DNA of 63,444 nucleotides, the filler included, from Sluysia triapertura (taxonomy: Eukaryota), in NCBI GenBank assembly GCA_046118255.1. It is 5 parts of 5 records of this genome, joined end to end, with 100 filler letters (N's around TTAATTAATTAA, not from the genome) between each part and the next. Parts side by side here need not be neighbours in the genome. Positions count along the whole stretch, not along the records: positions 15,026 to 26,772 come from JBJNIA010174143.1; positions 26,873 to 39,852 come from JBJNIA010067289.1; 3 more parts are not named here. One strand, written 5' to 3'. Shown here in pieces: positions 20,665 to 34,955 of this stretch (positions within the stretch are counted from its first letter, which is position 1; each line of letters starts with the position of its first letter). The notes beneath the pieces were generated by a model, which did no database searches, was not told the origin of the DNA, and worked only from the letters and a program-made list of their open reading frames with translations. A program made the position numbers and the translations under genes.

Positions 20665-23600
20665 ATGGAAAGAAGAATAAAAAATAGTTCTAAATCATCG
20701 AATTCGAATGCTAATTCAACAGAATCAAAAAGTCAAATTCATGGTACAAATTAATGTGAATTAATTTTACAATTTTAGACAAGAAATTTCGAAAGTCTGA
20801 TACGTTTAAAGAAATGAAACGTCGAATTTCTTCATCATTTGGCAGATTAAGTTTGATATTTAATCACTTTTTATCACATCGTATTAAATTTTATTATAGA
20901 TATTATAAAAGATGATTCTGGAACTAAAGCAAATTGTTCGAATGAAAGAGGGCCACAGAAGCGTTGTTATTCGTCCACAGCTATTCATGAAGTATCAGCG
21001 AATACTGAGAACATTTCAAATAATGCTGGTGATTGTTCAGCAACTCCATCGAAAATTAGTTCAGGTTCTATAACGGGTTCGATTTCTTTTTTCTCAAAAG
21101 CTGCTTCATTTATCAAGATTGGTGCTGGTTCTAATTCTAAACGAATTGTCGAAGATAATTCGAATTTATATGATCCATTTTTATCTGTGAATATACAATC
21201 CGATTCTAGTGGTGCTATTGAATGCCGTCTTGTTACTTCTACATTGTCTGATAATAATGTTACGACTTCACGTAGAACTCGAACGAATATTTTCGGTGAT
21301 ATTTTTCGAAGTTTGGCTTTGTTTTGGAAATTGATTTCTTTTTTTAGTTTGAAGATGATGATGATGCATGCATGCAGAATGAATTTATAGTTTGACAGAG
21401 TTTGTAGCATGTTTTCCGAAAATTTTTTTTGGTTTTATTTGTAGCATTTATTTGGTTTTTCTTCATTTTTATTTTTATTAACTTCGTTTATTTCTTATAA
21501 TCGTAATATTAACTTTGACATCGAGATTATGATATAAATGTCTATAATTATCGAAAATGTGCCATTCGTAAGAACGAACTTTACTTTTTAAGTAAGTAAT
21601 TCGAGGTTTAATATAAATTGTTTATTACGTGTTATACTTAGAGACATTCGTTTATGTCTTTGCTTGGGATTGGATACAAAAATATAATCAATATGTATCA
21701 AATTAATTATTTCAGAAATATAATGAACACATCAATATTTTAAAAGTACACAGCTGTTGTGATTCGAAGATAAGGTAAATAATTTTGGATATTATCTTTC
21801 ACATTGTCTTAATGTGCAATGTTTATGACTAATACAATTTTATCTACGAACTGCTATAAAACAAGTGAAAATGAAAATTATAATTATTAATAATCCAAAT
21901 GCATTTGCTCCTGGAAGTTAATTTTTTCAGAAAAAATGCTAAACACCCTTAATAATCTAATTTCGATATTAATATTTTCACCTACAAAAAATGGATATTG
22001 TAAACTAGTAAACAATGCTTCAAGATTTCAAAAAAGATATTTTGTGTTAAATTAATATATTTTATTTACATTGTAACCTAATATCCGATGTCAAAGTTGA
22101 AAATTTTCTACAAATATATTTTACTGATGATTTTAATTTGTTGCATGTAAAAAAAATGAAAAACTGATGATTTAACCGATTGCAGAACCCGTTACTTCGC
22201 GTACCCTAGTAAGAGATGGTTCATCTTTATTCAAAATAAATAGTCGTCATCCGGAAGTAGATATGTAATTTTAGACAATAAAAGAACAAGCTTTATCTGA
22301 GAAAATAATGTTCATAATTTTGAGGCGTTTGAAAAATTACCGAATAGAAATTTACAATGAATAGATTTACTGTTGACTTTTGCTGATAAAATGTTTTAGT
22401 AGAATGTGCTTGTAGTACAACTGTTTCATGCTGTTTTTTAATTGACCAGAGCAATGGCGAACTTTTACTTATTCGTATGCTAAGCTTTTTTCAAAAGATA
22501 AACAAATATTTCGGATTTGTATTCTTACAAAGTGAAACTCCATTAAATATTTCTTTAATGAATGTTTACTCATAAGCGCGATCCGTTACAACGAGTAATT
22601 GCGAAATTTTTGGTTGCGATAATGATTAATTGTTGCGTATTCCAAATTTTCTACAAATAAATGATCAAATTTGAGAAATGTTGCCAAGAACAGTATCTTT
22701 TTTCCAATTATTCGATGTTTCACAATCTTTTAACAATATTGGGGTAAAAGTCTAAAATATAATTGACTATAATAATCTAAAAATTGTTGGACGGGGCTAA
22801 TAGCTCAGTGGGTAGGAACAAATGAAGTGCAACGTGTCTCTTGATACATTCATCGTTCGAGCCTTGGGTTCATGACAGGTTTCTCAAGGCCAAAATCAAG
22901 ACCCTGGTACAACTAGCTGTGGAGTCCTCGAATAACGCATACCGCGACCATGTCATACAAGGTCCCTGAATAGAAGAAAGATTATCTTCCTTCTCTGAAA
23001 AAGAGAAAGAAGAGACCGGGTTCGATCCTCGATCAATCCATTTTATGAAGTCTAGCAACAATAAATTTACTAAAACAATAGTATTCAAACATTTAATAAT
23101 AATAAAATAATATTTTACCTTGCTTTATGATGTAGCATAAATCCCCAATGATCGTACTAATACTTATTAATTATAATTTTATTGTAATTTATTATTGAAT
23201 AATTTTAGATTTATGGAAGAAGTCATCTCTAAAGCGCAATGAAGATCAACATAGATCCTTAGGAAATTTTAATTCAGTATTTTCTGCGTCTTCTGTTGCA
23301 TCACACGACTTTACTGCCACTTCTAACTCTACTTTAACTAATCAAAAGAATGGTCCAATAGTAATTCAACAACAAAAACAAGGTCCTGCAGCAAAAATAT
23401 CTGCCAAATTACGTTCTAGACGTGGCATGTCTTCAACAAGTACTGCTGCTAATAGTAACAAGACTCTTAATACTACAGTTGTAAGTAGCACCAATAAACA
23501 AATTGCAGCACCTTTACAAAGACCACATTCGGTTGCTAGGGAAACTATGACTATTGCTGAATACGAAGATAATGGTTATGATGATAGTGAAAAAATGGTG

Positions 23601-26415
23601 AGCGGTTGTCGTGGTATTAGTAACAGTAACAAATTAAATATTATGAGTCAAGCTATTCACATGGCAATATCAAATATTCGTGGTACAAATAAGTATGACA
23701 TTTTAATTGTTGTATTGATTTCAATCTTAATGGATCTTTATTTTCAATGTTAATTGCTTTTTTGTAAACATATAGTCTTAAAATAGCTCGATTATTGTTA
23801 AATAAACAAAAGAATGCAAGAAATATGCATAATGGACTGAGTACACTTAATTAGCAAATAGAAATTATTACGGATCAAACGATAACATCGGAAGAATAGA
23901 AAAGGTGTAAAATAGAAATGAAAAACGAATATTAACACAAACACTAATAAAAATCAATATATAAATGAATCATTATGTCCAAACCAATATTATAGATGAA
24001 AATCAATACATAAATGATAAGTATGTAATAGAATGTAATTACAAGGTGGTCACTAGAAAATCGGAAAATTTGTCAAGCAGCTATTTATTTTTACAATGTT
24101 TATTAAAGGCATGTGTTATATTACACTTACATATGCTCTTGGGTATAATCGTTGAAAATAACACAGCTAGACATTTTGCCAGTCCCACAGTCGGATTTTC
24201 ACTTTTTACTTGCCTGAAAGCTGTTTCCTGTTTCCTTCTATGATGTGTGTATCAAATAGAACATCAAACAATTCAAAATAGAAATGAGCAAGCACGCATT
24301 TTATTCATGTCATCTGACTCAAAATTTCCACCTTGCATATTAGTCATAATATATAAATGAAACATACTTAGATTTCCATTCTTATAGATAATAATATTGT
24401 ATTACTTAGATAATTTGAATTCCTTTCTAAATTCAATAAATCCAATAAAATAAATCCAATTGACTTTCCGTCCAGCAAAAAAAGTATGTGGGTCCATTGG
24501 TAAAAGTAAAAGTAAGCGTATTGGTCTAATATGTAAACAAGGTCAGGAAGTCACATATTACTAGAAAGTAATAAGTGAAACTTACACTCGGATCCATGGG
24601 ACTCGAGACTCGATAGTGTTAAGCATTGAATTTATTTCGGAATGGAAAATGATTGTGAATAAAATTTTATAACGAAATATGAAAATATCGAATGTATTAT
24701 AAACTGGAAGTAATAAACCAAAAAGCAGAAAGATTCTTTTTCGCAAAAATATTTCCACAATTTATTGCATTAGAACATTAGAAATTGATTACTTCATTAA
24801 TAAAATAATCAATAATTTTAAATTCCAAATAAAATGCATTGTTTTTGAAATATTTTTTTCATTTTCGCAATTAAACCTCCGTTTAACTTGCTTTTTTTTC
24901 TAGGAACCGTAGAAATGAATGTGTGTTTCTAATAATAGTAAGTTTTTTAGTATTTTTTGGTAGGTCCTTTCAAATTCTGTCGCGAAAAGATTTAGCTGTC
25001 GTCAATGAATTGCTCCGGGAACGGTGTCACTTATCTGTGTTATGAATATTTGGTCTTATAAAGAATTATTTCCATTTTATATCTAAAATAAGTAACATTT
25101 TAAAATGAGAAACATTTCTAATTTGAAGAAGTTCAACTTATGGAAGAAGGAAGACTGTATTTTATTTTAGAGGCAAAAATACGAGTTATAGAAATAAGTC
25201 GAATTTCTTATTCCCTACCAAAAATAATACATTTTATGGGTTCGTTTCTACTAGGAGGTTAAAATGAAACATTTTTCGCAAAATTCCAATTGAAATTTTA
25301 AATTTGGTAAGCGAAATTTTCATTTTACATCAAAAAGAGACACAGAGACAGCTTCAAATTGCAACAAGATGTCAACTTACAGAAGGATAATAATGTATTT
25401 CGTTATAAATGAAAAAAGAATGTTTTTATATTTTATTCTTGCTGAAGTATTGTTCTAAAACAATATTTTTTTAAAAATGAGCGGCTTGAAAAGATTTTAT
25501 TTCTAAGTCAAAATTTAAGAAATATTTTTTATTGTATGGATTACTTAGCTTATATTTCTTGGTTTCTCTGATTCCGACACTATCATCTGGTAGAAATATT
25601 ATTGATCATTGTCGACCAATAAAATTCTTTATATTAAATATTTTTGAAACAACTTTTCATGAACTTTTTGACTTAGGCCTTTGGTTACTCTGTCAAATCA
25701 GCAAAAACAATGTAAAGCATTATCTAGTAACACAGATAATATCAATATTTTATTGATCGATATTTAAAAGTAGTATTTTTATAATAAAAATAATGATATT
25801 TCACATATTTTTAGTATATCTTTATATATTCTTTTCTGTATATGGGTGCCATATCGAATAAATCCTATACGGATTAGCAAGGGATAATGCACCTTGCTAA
25901 GAGCACTTCTAAATCGATAATGGTTTTGATAGTAAGGAACTTTGGATTAAAAGAAGTAGCTTTAATAAAGATAATCTATAATTATCCAATCCAAAAGAAG
26001 ATTGTAGAAACAACAGACTTTTATAGTCGTAGTGTGTGATTTTCCATTCACATATTTCAAACATTTTATTCAACCAATCAAAATGCATAAAATCCACACT
26101 CAGAAATTACTATTCATATTTATTGATTTCATTAATTACTCAAATTTTGATGTTTGATGATTTGACAAATGATTTGTAAAAACAAATATAAATAAATTCA
26201 ATTGGTTAAAAACATGTTTTTCCTGTTTTAGTCTAATAATTTGGCCACCACTATAGATGCAGATCTAATTGTAAAGATTGTAATTTCGTTGTTTGAATCA
26301 TGTTATCATTTCAGCGTCAAAGGTCCTATGTCAAATTCGCTCTTTCTGTCACGGCCGAGATCCGATGGACACTGTTTTGAAAGTATTATGACTAATTCAA
26401 TAACTTCTGGTTCTG
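20665..26415 (+). CDS. 5' exons of a probable CDK14/PFTAIRE (Eip63E-like) kinase; kinase domain not on contig
   Basis: Phase-compatible GT-AG exons 20665-20743, 20779-20850, 20900-21295, 23209-23692, 26315-26415; KEMKRRISSSFGRL recalls the KKRLSHSFGRL N-terminal motif of Eip63E-type CDKs. Confidence 0.55.
22737..23060 (+). mobile_element. TGTTG...CAACA element, copy B: tRNA-Ala halves separated by a ~200 nt insert
   Basis: tattggggtaaaag left end; A box tagctcagtgg 22801-22811; B box ggttcgatcc 23019-23028; tccattttatgaagtctagcaaca right end. Confidence 0.8.
25005..25488 (+). repeat. Dispersed ~490 bp repeat, copy 2
   Basis: Similar to 15255-15745. Confidence 0.85.
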
Positions 26416-26772
26416 GTTAGTATTCTCACATTATATTTAAATAAAATTTAATATTTAACATTCGATTTTATCTAGAATTTCGGAAAGAGTGATCAATAAA
26501 TAATAATAATTATTAATAATAATAATAATAATTCATTATTTATTTACATTCAAATTATAGATAATCTTTTGTTTTTAACTAATGAAATAAAAGTATCATA
26601 ACTATTCATCCGCAGAATGACCAATGAAATAGAATCTTTTGTAAATGATTTCTTTCTGCTTGTTTATGTGAGATTTAAAACGACTGTCAGAAAACAAATT
26701 CAACATTTTTCAAGGATACTATGAAACTATTAATCAAAAGTGTATAAAAACATTGTCACGGAAAATGTAAAA

Positions 26773-26872
26773 NNNNNNNNNNNNNNNNNNNNNNNNNNNN
26801 NNNNNNNNNNNNNNNNTTAATTAATTAANNNNNNNNNNNNNNNNNNNNNNNNNNNNNNNNNNNNNNNNNNNN
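26773..26872. other. Artificial contig linker
   Basis: N-run with TTAATTAATTAA. Confidence 0.98.
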
Positions 26873-27270
26873 CTTTGAAAATGTTGATGACCAAAATATT
26901 GAGAAATGGATGGAATTTGATTCATCTGATCCAGGATTCCAGATACAGACTGACACGGATATTATTTCAAATCTAATTTAAAATCGAAATGAAAATGAAA
27001 GTGAGGTGGAAGATATTACCAATCGTATTAGTTACAACACCGCAGTGACTTCTGCCGATAACTTAGAATAGGTCGGTAAATGGAGCTTCGACGATGATAT
27101 TAAAAAATTATTTAAAAAAACTCGAGATGATATTAAAAAGTAATTGAGAAATTCACTTAAACAAACTAAAATTACCGATTTTTTAATAAATCATTGAATG
27201 TATTTTTATTGCTTTTGTATTATACTAGTATTTTTTATTATTATTTTACGGATTATCCGTGCCGACCTTC
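26873..27270 (+). mobile_element. pogo/Tigger (Jerky-like) transposase C-terminal relic
   Basis: VDDQNIEKWMEFDSSDPGFQIQTDTDII ... KQTKITDFL with stops. Confidence 0.6.
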
Positions 27271-29579
27271 ACCATCATTAGCCTGAGTTTGTATATAATT
27301 AATGCTTGTAATAAAATTGAAAATAATTTTTGATATAATATATATCCAATAATTTCTGTATATAATATACATCCTTGTTTGATTAAACGTATGTAATTAA
27401 CCGTATATTATGAACAATAAAGTAATTAAATAATTTGTAATTCAGAATTATAATATTGTAAATAATTAGACATAATATTTATTAATTCATCATTTTTATA
27501 TTGTTGTAATGCCTTAGTATCAGTTTAAAATGAAATATAGTCAATATAAATTCAAAATATAGACATAATATTAATTTTTTAAATTAATTAATTTAATAAT
27601 TAAATTAATTAAATAATTTATCATTAAATATTAAATACTTAATATATATTTTTTAAATTAATTAAATAAAATAATTTATTAGAATTTATAAATATTAAAT
27701 ATTAATGATAATAATAATAGTAATAATAATAACTCAGACAAAGAATGATAGTTTATATATATATATATATATATATAATTGCATAGTGAAGTTATCAAAT
27801 TGTATTTATTAGTTTATATATAGATTTAACTGAATTCATATAACTTATTTGCAGTTTAACAATACTAATATTATTTAATTGTTATATTTGGTTGGATTAC
27901 TATTGGAATCATTATTTAATTGTTATATTTGGTTAAATTGTGTTGAATCTGCGACTATGAAAAGTCCTGAAATATAAAATTAGTAGAAGAGAAAAAGAGT
28001 CAAAAATTATGCTACACAAAAAATTTATCGGAAAATTTATCTGAAGATTACAGTAATTCGTATAGACTATACTGATTTGAGATTGATTGATCAGGTAATT
28101 ATCATTATCTTTGTTTGAATTTTAAAATCAGTTTATTTATAAATTTTCTTTTAAAAATTGTGTTTTAATTACTTAGTAAAAGTAAAAATTAAGTGCTAAC
28201 AAGATTTATATACTTACAATTAAAGAAAGTAATAAATTTAGTTACCTTAATTTAATAGAGTTAAATTACATATTTTAAGTTCTCTTTGAATTTAATAGTC
28301 ACATATTTTAACTTTTAGTTACTCAAAGGGGTTGATATTAAAGCCCATATAATTATATAAGCAATTATAGAAGGATTTAATAAAGTTTAGAATCAACTAA
28401 TATCTAGAGAGCTAAAAAGGTTTTTTCTAAGCACTTCTATCCTAAACAACGAGGACGAGTATAATAATTCAACCTCCAGTTAAGCTTAATACAACGTGAT
28501 AACAGTAACACAGAAGTTTAGAATATTATATCAAACGTTTAAGTACGTTTTAAGATTTTTCAAGTACGTATAAGATTTATAAAATATTAAACAATATTCA
28601 AACACAAGCAAAGTTCTATTTAGAAAGATATAAACAGAAAAGGATTAGAAACAAAAGCAAAGAGAATTTTATATTTAAAACAGAAAAAATAAAGCTAACA
28701 TTGATTTAGTGAATGTTTTCGAAAATTACACTTTTATCGTGTTTCATCTGACAAAAACTTTTATAAAGCACAAACTTAATATTAAATCGAAGGTCTTTAC
28801 TATTTTATATTTTTAACCATGATTTACTTTTTTCAATAACTAAAACATAACTCTTGCATGGAAATATTGCATTACATTCCTCATTGCTTGGATGCATGTT
28901 TGGATGAAATTCTCTAATAGGTTTCAGATAAGTACCTTTCATGCTTCTTGTTTTGAATCTAATTACAAACTTAATAATGCATAACAATTACGTGATGTTT
29001 TAAAGTCATAACACCTGTCTAACATTCTGATTGTACATGTTTTACTCGTTTCATTACTACATGTCAATTTAAAGGCTGGTTTGGATTTGACAATAAGCAC
29101 TATCCATTAATAGATGCTCCATTTGACTAAGGTCTCTTCAAATCAGTGCAACACTTTATGAAAGCTCCCCAAATGGAGTCATGCGATGAAGTTGAAGGAG
29201 TCTGCCAAATATTTTTCTTATTCAAAGCCACAGTAGTACTTTGATAAAATTCAAAAGCTTGCAGATCGTTCGCAGAAGGTCGTGAGCAATAATAGTTTTC
29301 ATTTTGAAAAAGATTGGTTTTTCTTCCGCAATAACACAAACTTCTTCTTCAATCTAGTAACATTATTTTATTTACATATAATTTAAGCAAAATATATTTG
29401 CGATCTAAAAGTTAACTTAATTTTTGGTTTCATCATTACACATTAAAGAATTTGTGTCAAAATAAAAATTTTGAATTAAATGAAATAAATATGTAAATAA
29501 AACTTTTATAAGCCCATTATAGAATGTTATTATTTAATTTATTGTGATACGATAAATATTTCTTATTCTATGTTTCTAG

Positions 29580-32500
29580 TATCGTCGCAAAACAATGAAC
29601 AATAAGCGCGAAGCATGGTTGAAATGCTTACAACAGAAGTGGAAAACTCAAGAAGAAAAGTGGTTATCAAAATCAGAAAACAAAGAAAGACAACGACAAG
29701 ATGCAGTTAAAGCTAAAGAAGCAGAAAGAGAAATGAAAAAACAGCATTTAGAACAGCAACAAAAATCAAAAACTGAACAATTAAAAGAAAAAATTATTAA
29801 AAAGGTATGCGCAATATTATAGTTTTTATAATGACACTAACTACCATAGAAATTACCATATTTATATTGTTTTAAATATTAATTAAATTTGACTTAAATT
29901 ATTATTCGGCTCTGTTTTATCCAATCTCACTGAAACTACTGAAGCACTGCACAAGTATTCATTTAAATTTTAAGTTTGGTGTAGTAGCTTTATGACAATT
30001 TTAGGCTTTAGATATTTTGCTTTGATATAGTATTGCACGGTAAAGATTATTTTGTTTGTATAGTTTTCCTTTCATATGAAGATAAAGGGTGATGTTTAAC
30101 AAAGTGGGTCAGAATTCACAGGAAATTGGCATTCACAGAAACCTCGAAATATTCAAATATCAACCAATGAATTTATTTTTCATTTGTTACATAATACTAC
30201 TGTTGAGTAGCCCATGTAGATTTCAAGGGGCAAATTAGAAATTTGATGAAATTGATTATATTATATATCGAATATTTTATTATTTCCTACATTGATTTAG
30301 ATATTTTCGTGTGAATGAAGATTGTTTTCGCGTTTTTACAGGTATTTGCTTTTGTGGCCATCAAAACTAAACTTAATATGTGACATAACTTCCAATACAA
30401 ATAAAAAGAGTGAAATTATGTTTCCATTATTCTAAAAACTACTAAATCAATGTGTCCAATCAAATTTGTATTTGAAATATCAACACATTGTTTGTCTTAT
30501 TAAAAAATCTTGCCTCTAAAATAGTGAAAATATAAAATATATTAAAGAAAATTTTATATTCGAAAATATTCTGTATGATTTTTGTGTTTCTTTATTTTTG
30601 TAGCATGAAGATTATGAAAGGCGTCACTTAGAACAACTTGCTGAAATCAGTCGCAAGGCTTTTGAAATGAGTGTAATGAAGTACTTGTCTGGTGAAACTG
30701 GTGATACTCCAACTATAGAACCGTACGCGAACAAAAAGTGGTGTGTACTTTGTAATGTTATGGTTAGTTATTATTTATTGGGATATGTTCTAAATTTGCA
30801 ATAAATTTAATTAAAAATGTGAACAAACAAATCATTTATATTTTCTGTATTTTATTTACTTTTGTATGATATCCGAAATAAACGGTTGGTGTGATCCCTT
30901 TAATTACGACTGACATCAATAAACGACCAAAGGAAATTTACATGAAACTCTATCGTACTCTTTGAGAAACTTTAAAAAGTTCTCTGTGTCCCTTATTAGT
31001 GACAATTTTGAAATGAATGCATGTTCAGATATATTGGATTTTTAGTCAATTTTGTTTGTATCTTGATATTTATTATCTAGCTAATATTACCAGTCTCTTA
31101 AGTCGCAATAGGTATGCGAAAAATATCTATTGAAAAAAAGTAGTAAAAATCGTGAATGTGCTTACAATACCAATTTAAAAATATTTAAACTTAGACGAAC
31201 TTATTGCTATTAATCTCGTTAATCATTTTTATGAGTAAACCTCACTGGGATTTGCAGAAACTGTCAAAATTTTAGGAATACAATTAAAGTCCGGATGATT
31301 CATACTATACAATTGTAAATGACTTAATACAAAAATAAATAATGCAAATAATAATAATTTCAATTATGGAATTCAATGATATGTTAGAATGTTTATTTTA
31401 TCATGCATCAAAGATATTGAATATTTTTTACATATCTAAGAATATTATATTATGTTACATATATCAGGTGGTCAAGGATAAAAATTGTAGACAAAAAGCA
31501 AAGTTGGTTGTATATTGTACAAATATAAGGAATTGTTTTATGTATCATAAAACCTCACAATTTTACGGCAGGTTGTTCATGTCGGTGATAAAAGAAAATC
31601 AATAAATTCCTGAAAGGCCAGTTTTGTCGAAATTAAACTGCAAGTGGGGACTAGATTTGATGAGTATGGAAGATGATGAAGTTCAAACTCCAAGTCCCGT
31701 AATTTTGCCACAGTCGATTGTGCAGTCTGTGGTCCAGCGTTGTCGTGCAATAAGTTAGGAATAGATCCGTTGACCAATCTAGACTGTTTTTCTTTAAGTT
31801 TTTGCATCATTTCATCCACTTGGTTGCAGTTTATTTCTGTTGTCATCGATGAAGTAGGTTTCATGAAATCATAATGAATAACTTACCAGCAGCTTCTTTT
31901 GATCAATATTGCGCTTTTGAGTGTGTTTGGTGATTCATCCTTGTCCAACAGCTACGCTGAATCTTTGCCATTGTCAAAAATTGATCAGATTTGTGGCTAA
32001 AAAGCAATATCAAACAAACTTCCAAACACTCCATGTGGAGCTCACTTACCCAATTTTTTTACTTTACTAATTTGAGCTAAATGAGTTAACACCAGCAAAG
32101 AATAATTCATTTAATAAAAGATTATTGAAATAAGGTATGTCAGATTCATTTATGAGATTAAATTTATTAATATTATCACCAAAATTAATGTAAATTAAAT
32201 TAACTTCATTAATATGCAAGTGGTCAAGATGGCATGCGAGAAATTTATTAATTAAAAACGTTAAACAAATTGTAAAGTTTCAAACGAAAATGATATATTA
32301 CACATCAATTGTAAAGATAACAATTCTTTATATATGTCTGAATATGCTTGAGGATAGAATTGAAAACTAAGATAAATAACACATATAATCAAAATATAAT
32401 ACTTGAGATAAATTGATTGTTTCTTTATTTACATAATGAATCCAGGAGATTTGAGTTGATCTTGAAATTATGAGTCGGTGCAGCCGTGTGCTGCTAAGAA

Positions 32501-33703
32501 GTAAGAAATCTATTGACTCGTATATACAAATTTGATATAATAAGTATATACATATGAATACCGATAGAATATATTCGAAGAAATTATTATGTTTAATAAA
32601 TAAATGTATAGATTTTAACATATGATAATTCAAAGTTTGTTGGGAATTAGATAGACAAATTATATAACGCATTATGATGAGCATATTCTCATTTTTATCA
32701 ACTTTAATTTGTCTTAATACAAAATATTTTGTCACAGAAAAATTTAAGATTATACGACAAACTTTGTATTTCAATGTATTATTAAATACAGTGAATCTTT
32801 TAATATCCACTGTTTTCATATTTAAATTAGAAAGAATTTTATTATTGTTAATTGTAATAATAAAGTAAAATAATTCTTTAATAACATTAAAACATAAGAA
32901 TCTAAGACTCGACCTTGCTCATATCCTGCAGTTGACTTAATCGGATAAAGATTGAGTACTCTGTGAACACTATTGTGACACATAACTCTACAACTAATTT
33001 GATAATTGTTTATATTCTGATTTCAGTTGTTAAAATTTCATTGTCTTATATGTTTTGTTCTAGTAATCTTTGTAGACAGTAAATTTCATTTCTTAACAAA
33101 CAAGTATATCGGATTGCATCACTTAGTTTGAATAACACTTCTGATAATTTTTCACCTTGACACATTAAATGATCTAAGTCACTGCGTAGCTCTTTAGATT
33201 CTGCTAGTTCAAAAATAATTAATTTGCCAAATGATTGTTGTGAATGTAGGAACTTATTATTGGTATTAATAATAACTGACATGATGGTGTAAATGTTGTT
33301 AATAACTTTAAACATCTAATTTGATTATTTCGATCGGATATTTGACATCTAGAAGAGTAGAAATATTAATAAAATAAATTGAAAACTATTTGTCGATGCA
33401 TTTTAAGTTATATAAAAATTTAGAATGAATTGAGATTAATATTGATTCCACCTATATTGATTAAAAACAAATTGTGATTAAAAATTGTGGTTGAATAAAT
33501 TGTGCATGCTATTTTTGACGAATAGTACTGTATGTATTGATTTTTACAATTTATTTAGCCAATAACAAAGCAATTGTTTGGTTGCTATAAACAATTTGTA
33601 TGAGCAATAATGGACTGTCAGATGATGACAGGTATTAATGAAAAATATCAGTTACATGTTAAAATTGACATATTGTATAATTAAAAATGTAAAAATAATA
33701 TTG

Positions 33704-33763
<60 letters not shown>

Positions 33764-34904
33764 TAATAATGTAATAATGTAATAATGTAATAATGTAATA
33801 ATGTAAATAATAATAATAAAAGTAAAATAATATTAATAATAAAATTAAAAATAAAAATGCATAAATTCCTTTTCTAACAAATGTTCTTTCTCTTTAACCC
33901 CTTCCCTGTTTATTCCGTATATTTACGGAGTAACTAAAACTGACTAGAGCATAAATTCCTGTATATATACGGACCAAAACAATCAAACGAAAAAATAAGT
34001 GTAATCTTCATAATGTTTATCAAACGACGTCGGAAATGTCTTTATACACTACTATTATTATTATTTAATATTACACTATATGTTTTATTACCCTGTTTGT
34101 CTAGCCTCATTTGTTTTTTTATTATAAAAAAAATTATTTAGTCTTCGCATTTTAGTTATAATTTTGCCTTCATGCATCCATACTGTGAATATATAGTAGT
34201 GACGTTTTTTGACTTTTTTGATTTTTTTAATATTGTGTTATTATTATCCAATAGTAATTTCTTTTCTATTTTACTTTTTTTATACTGAATCATTTTATTA
34301 AAAAAATTCTAATTTTTGTGTAAGATTACTTTGAAAATGAGTAGCGACGATGAATCAGATGCAGAATATGAAAATATATTTTGTAGAAATGAAAATGGAT
34401 CTGATGAAAGCGGAAGTGAATGTGTACTCGATAGATTCAAAAGCCATATATCCAATCGTCGTGAAAATTTGGGAAATTATTAGGTATATCCCTGGGAAGG
34501 TTTTTGAAAATTTTTTTAATCAGAGTTGGAGTTCTAGGTGCAACCATGGTAACCATGAATATCTATGTTTTGTACATATGATATATTCAAATGACATATT
34601 TGGAGGAATAATTTTATTGTTAGTTTTCATTTTGATGCATTGTATACATTTGATCATTAATAAATTATGTGTGATATATCAAAACTGCCTCTTGTTCAGA
34701 TTTTTTACACATCAACGAGCGAACGGTGCTGATAGTTAAATTAATAAAGTTGTGCTGTTAAAATATAAAATTAACTAACAATAATGGATAAAGTATAAAT
34801 ATAATTATTTTAAATTATTTTAATTAAATGTTTCTGTAATTTTATTTCAAAATAAAAAGTGTCTTATATTTTCCAAATTCCTAATAATTATTTTTGCCTC
34901 TTGC

Positions 34905-34955
<51 letters not shown>

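Noticed and set aside
20985-21410. 141 aa minus-strand ORF
   Set aside because: Antisense shadow of a + strand exon.
22816-23012. Hammerhead or HDV-like ribozyme in the tRNA insert
   Set aside because: No CUGAUGA/GAAA core on either strand; tcctcg lacks a closing P3 stem.
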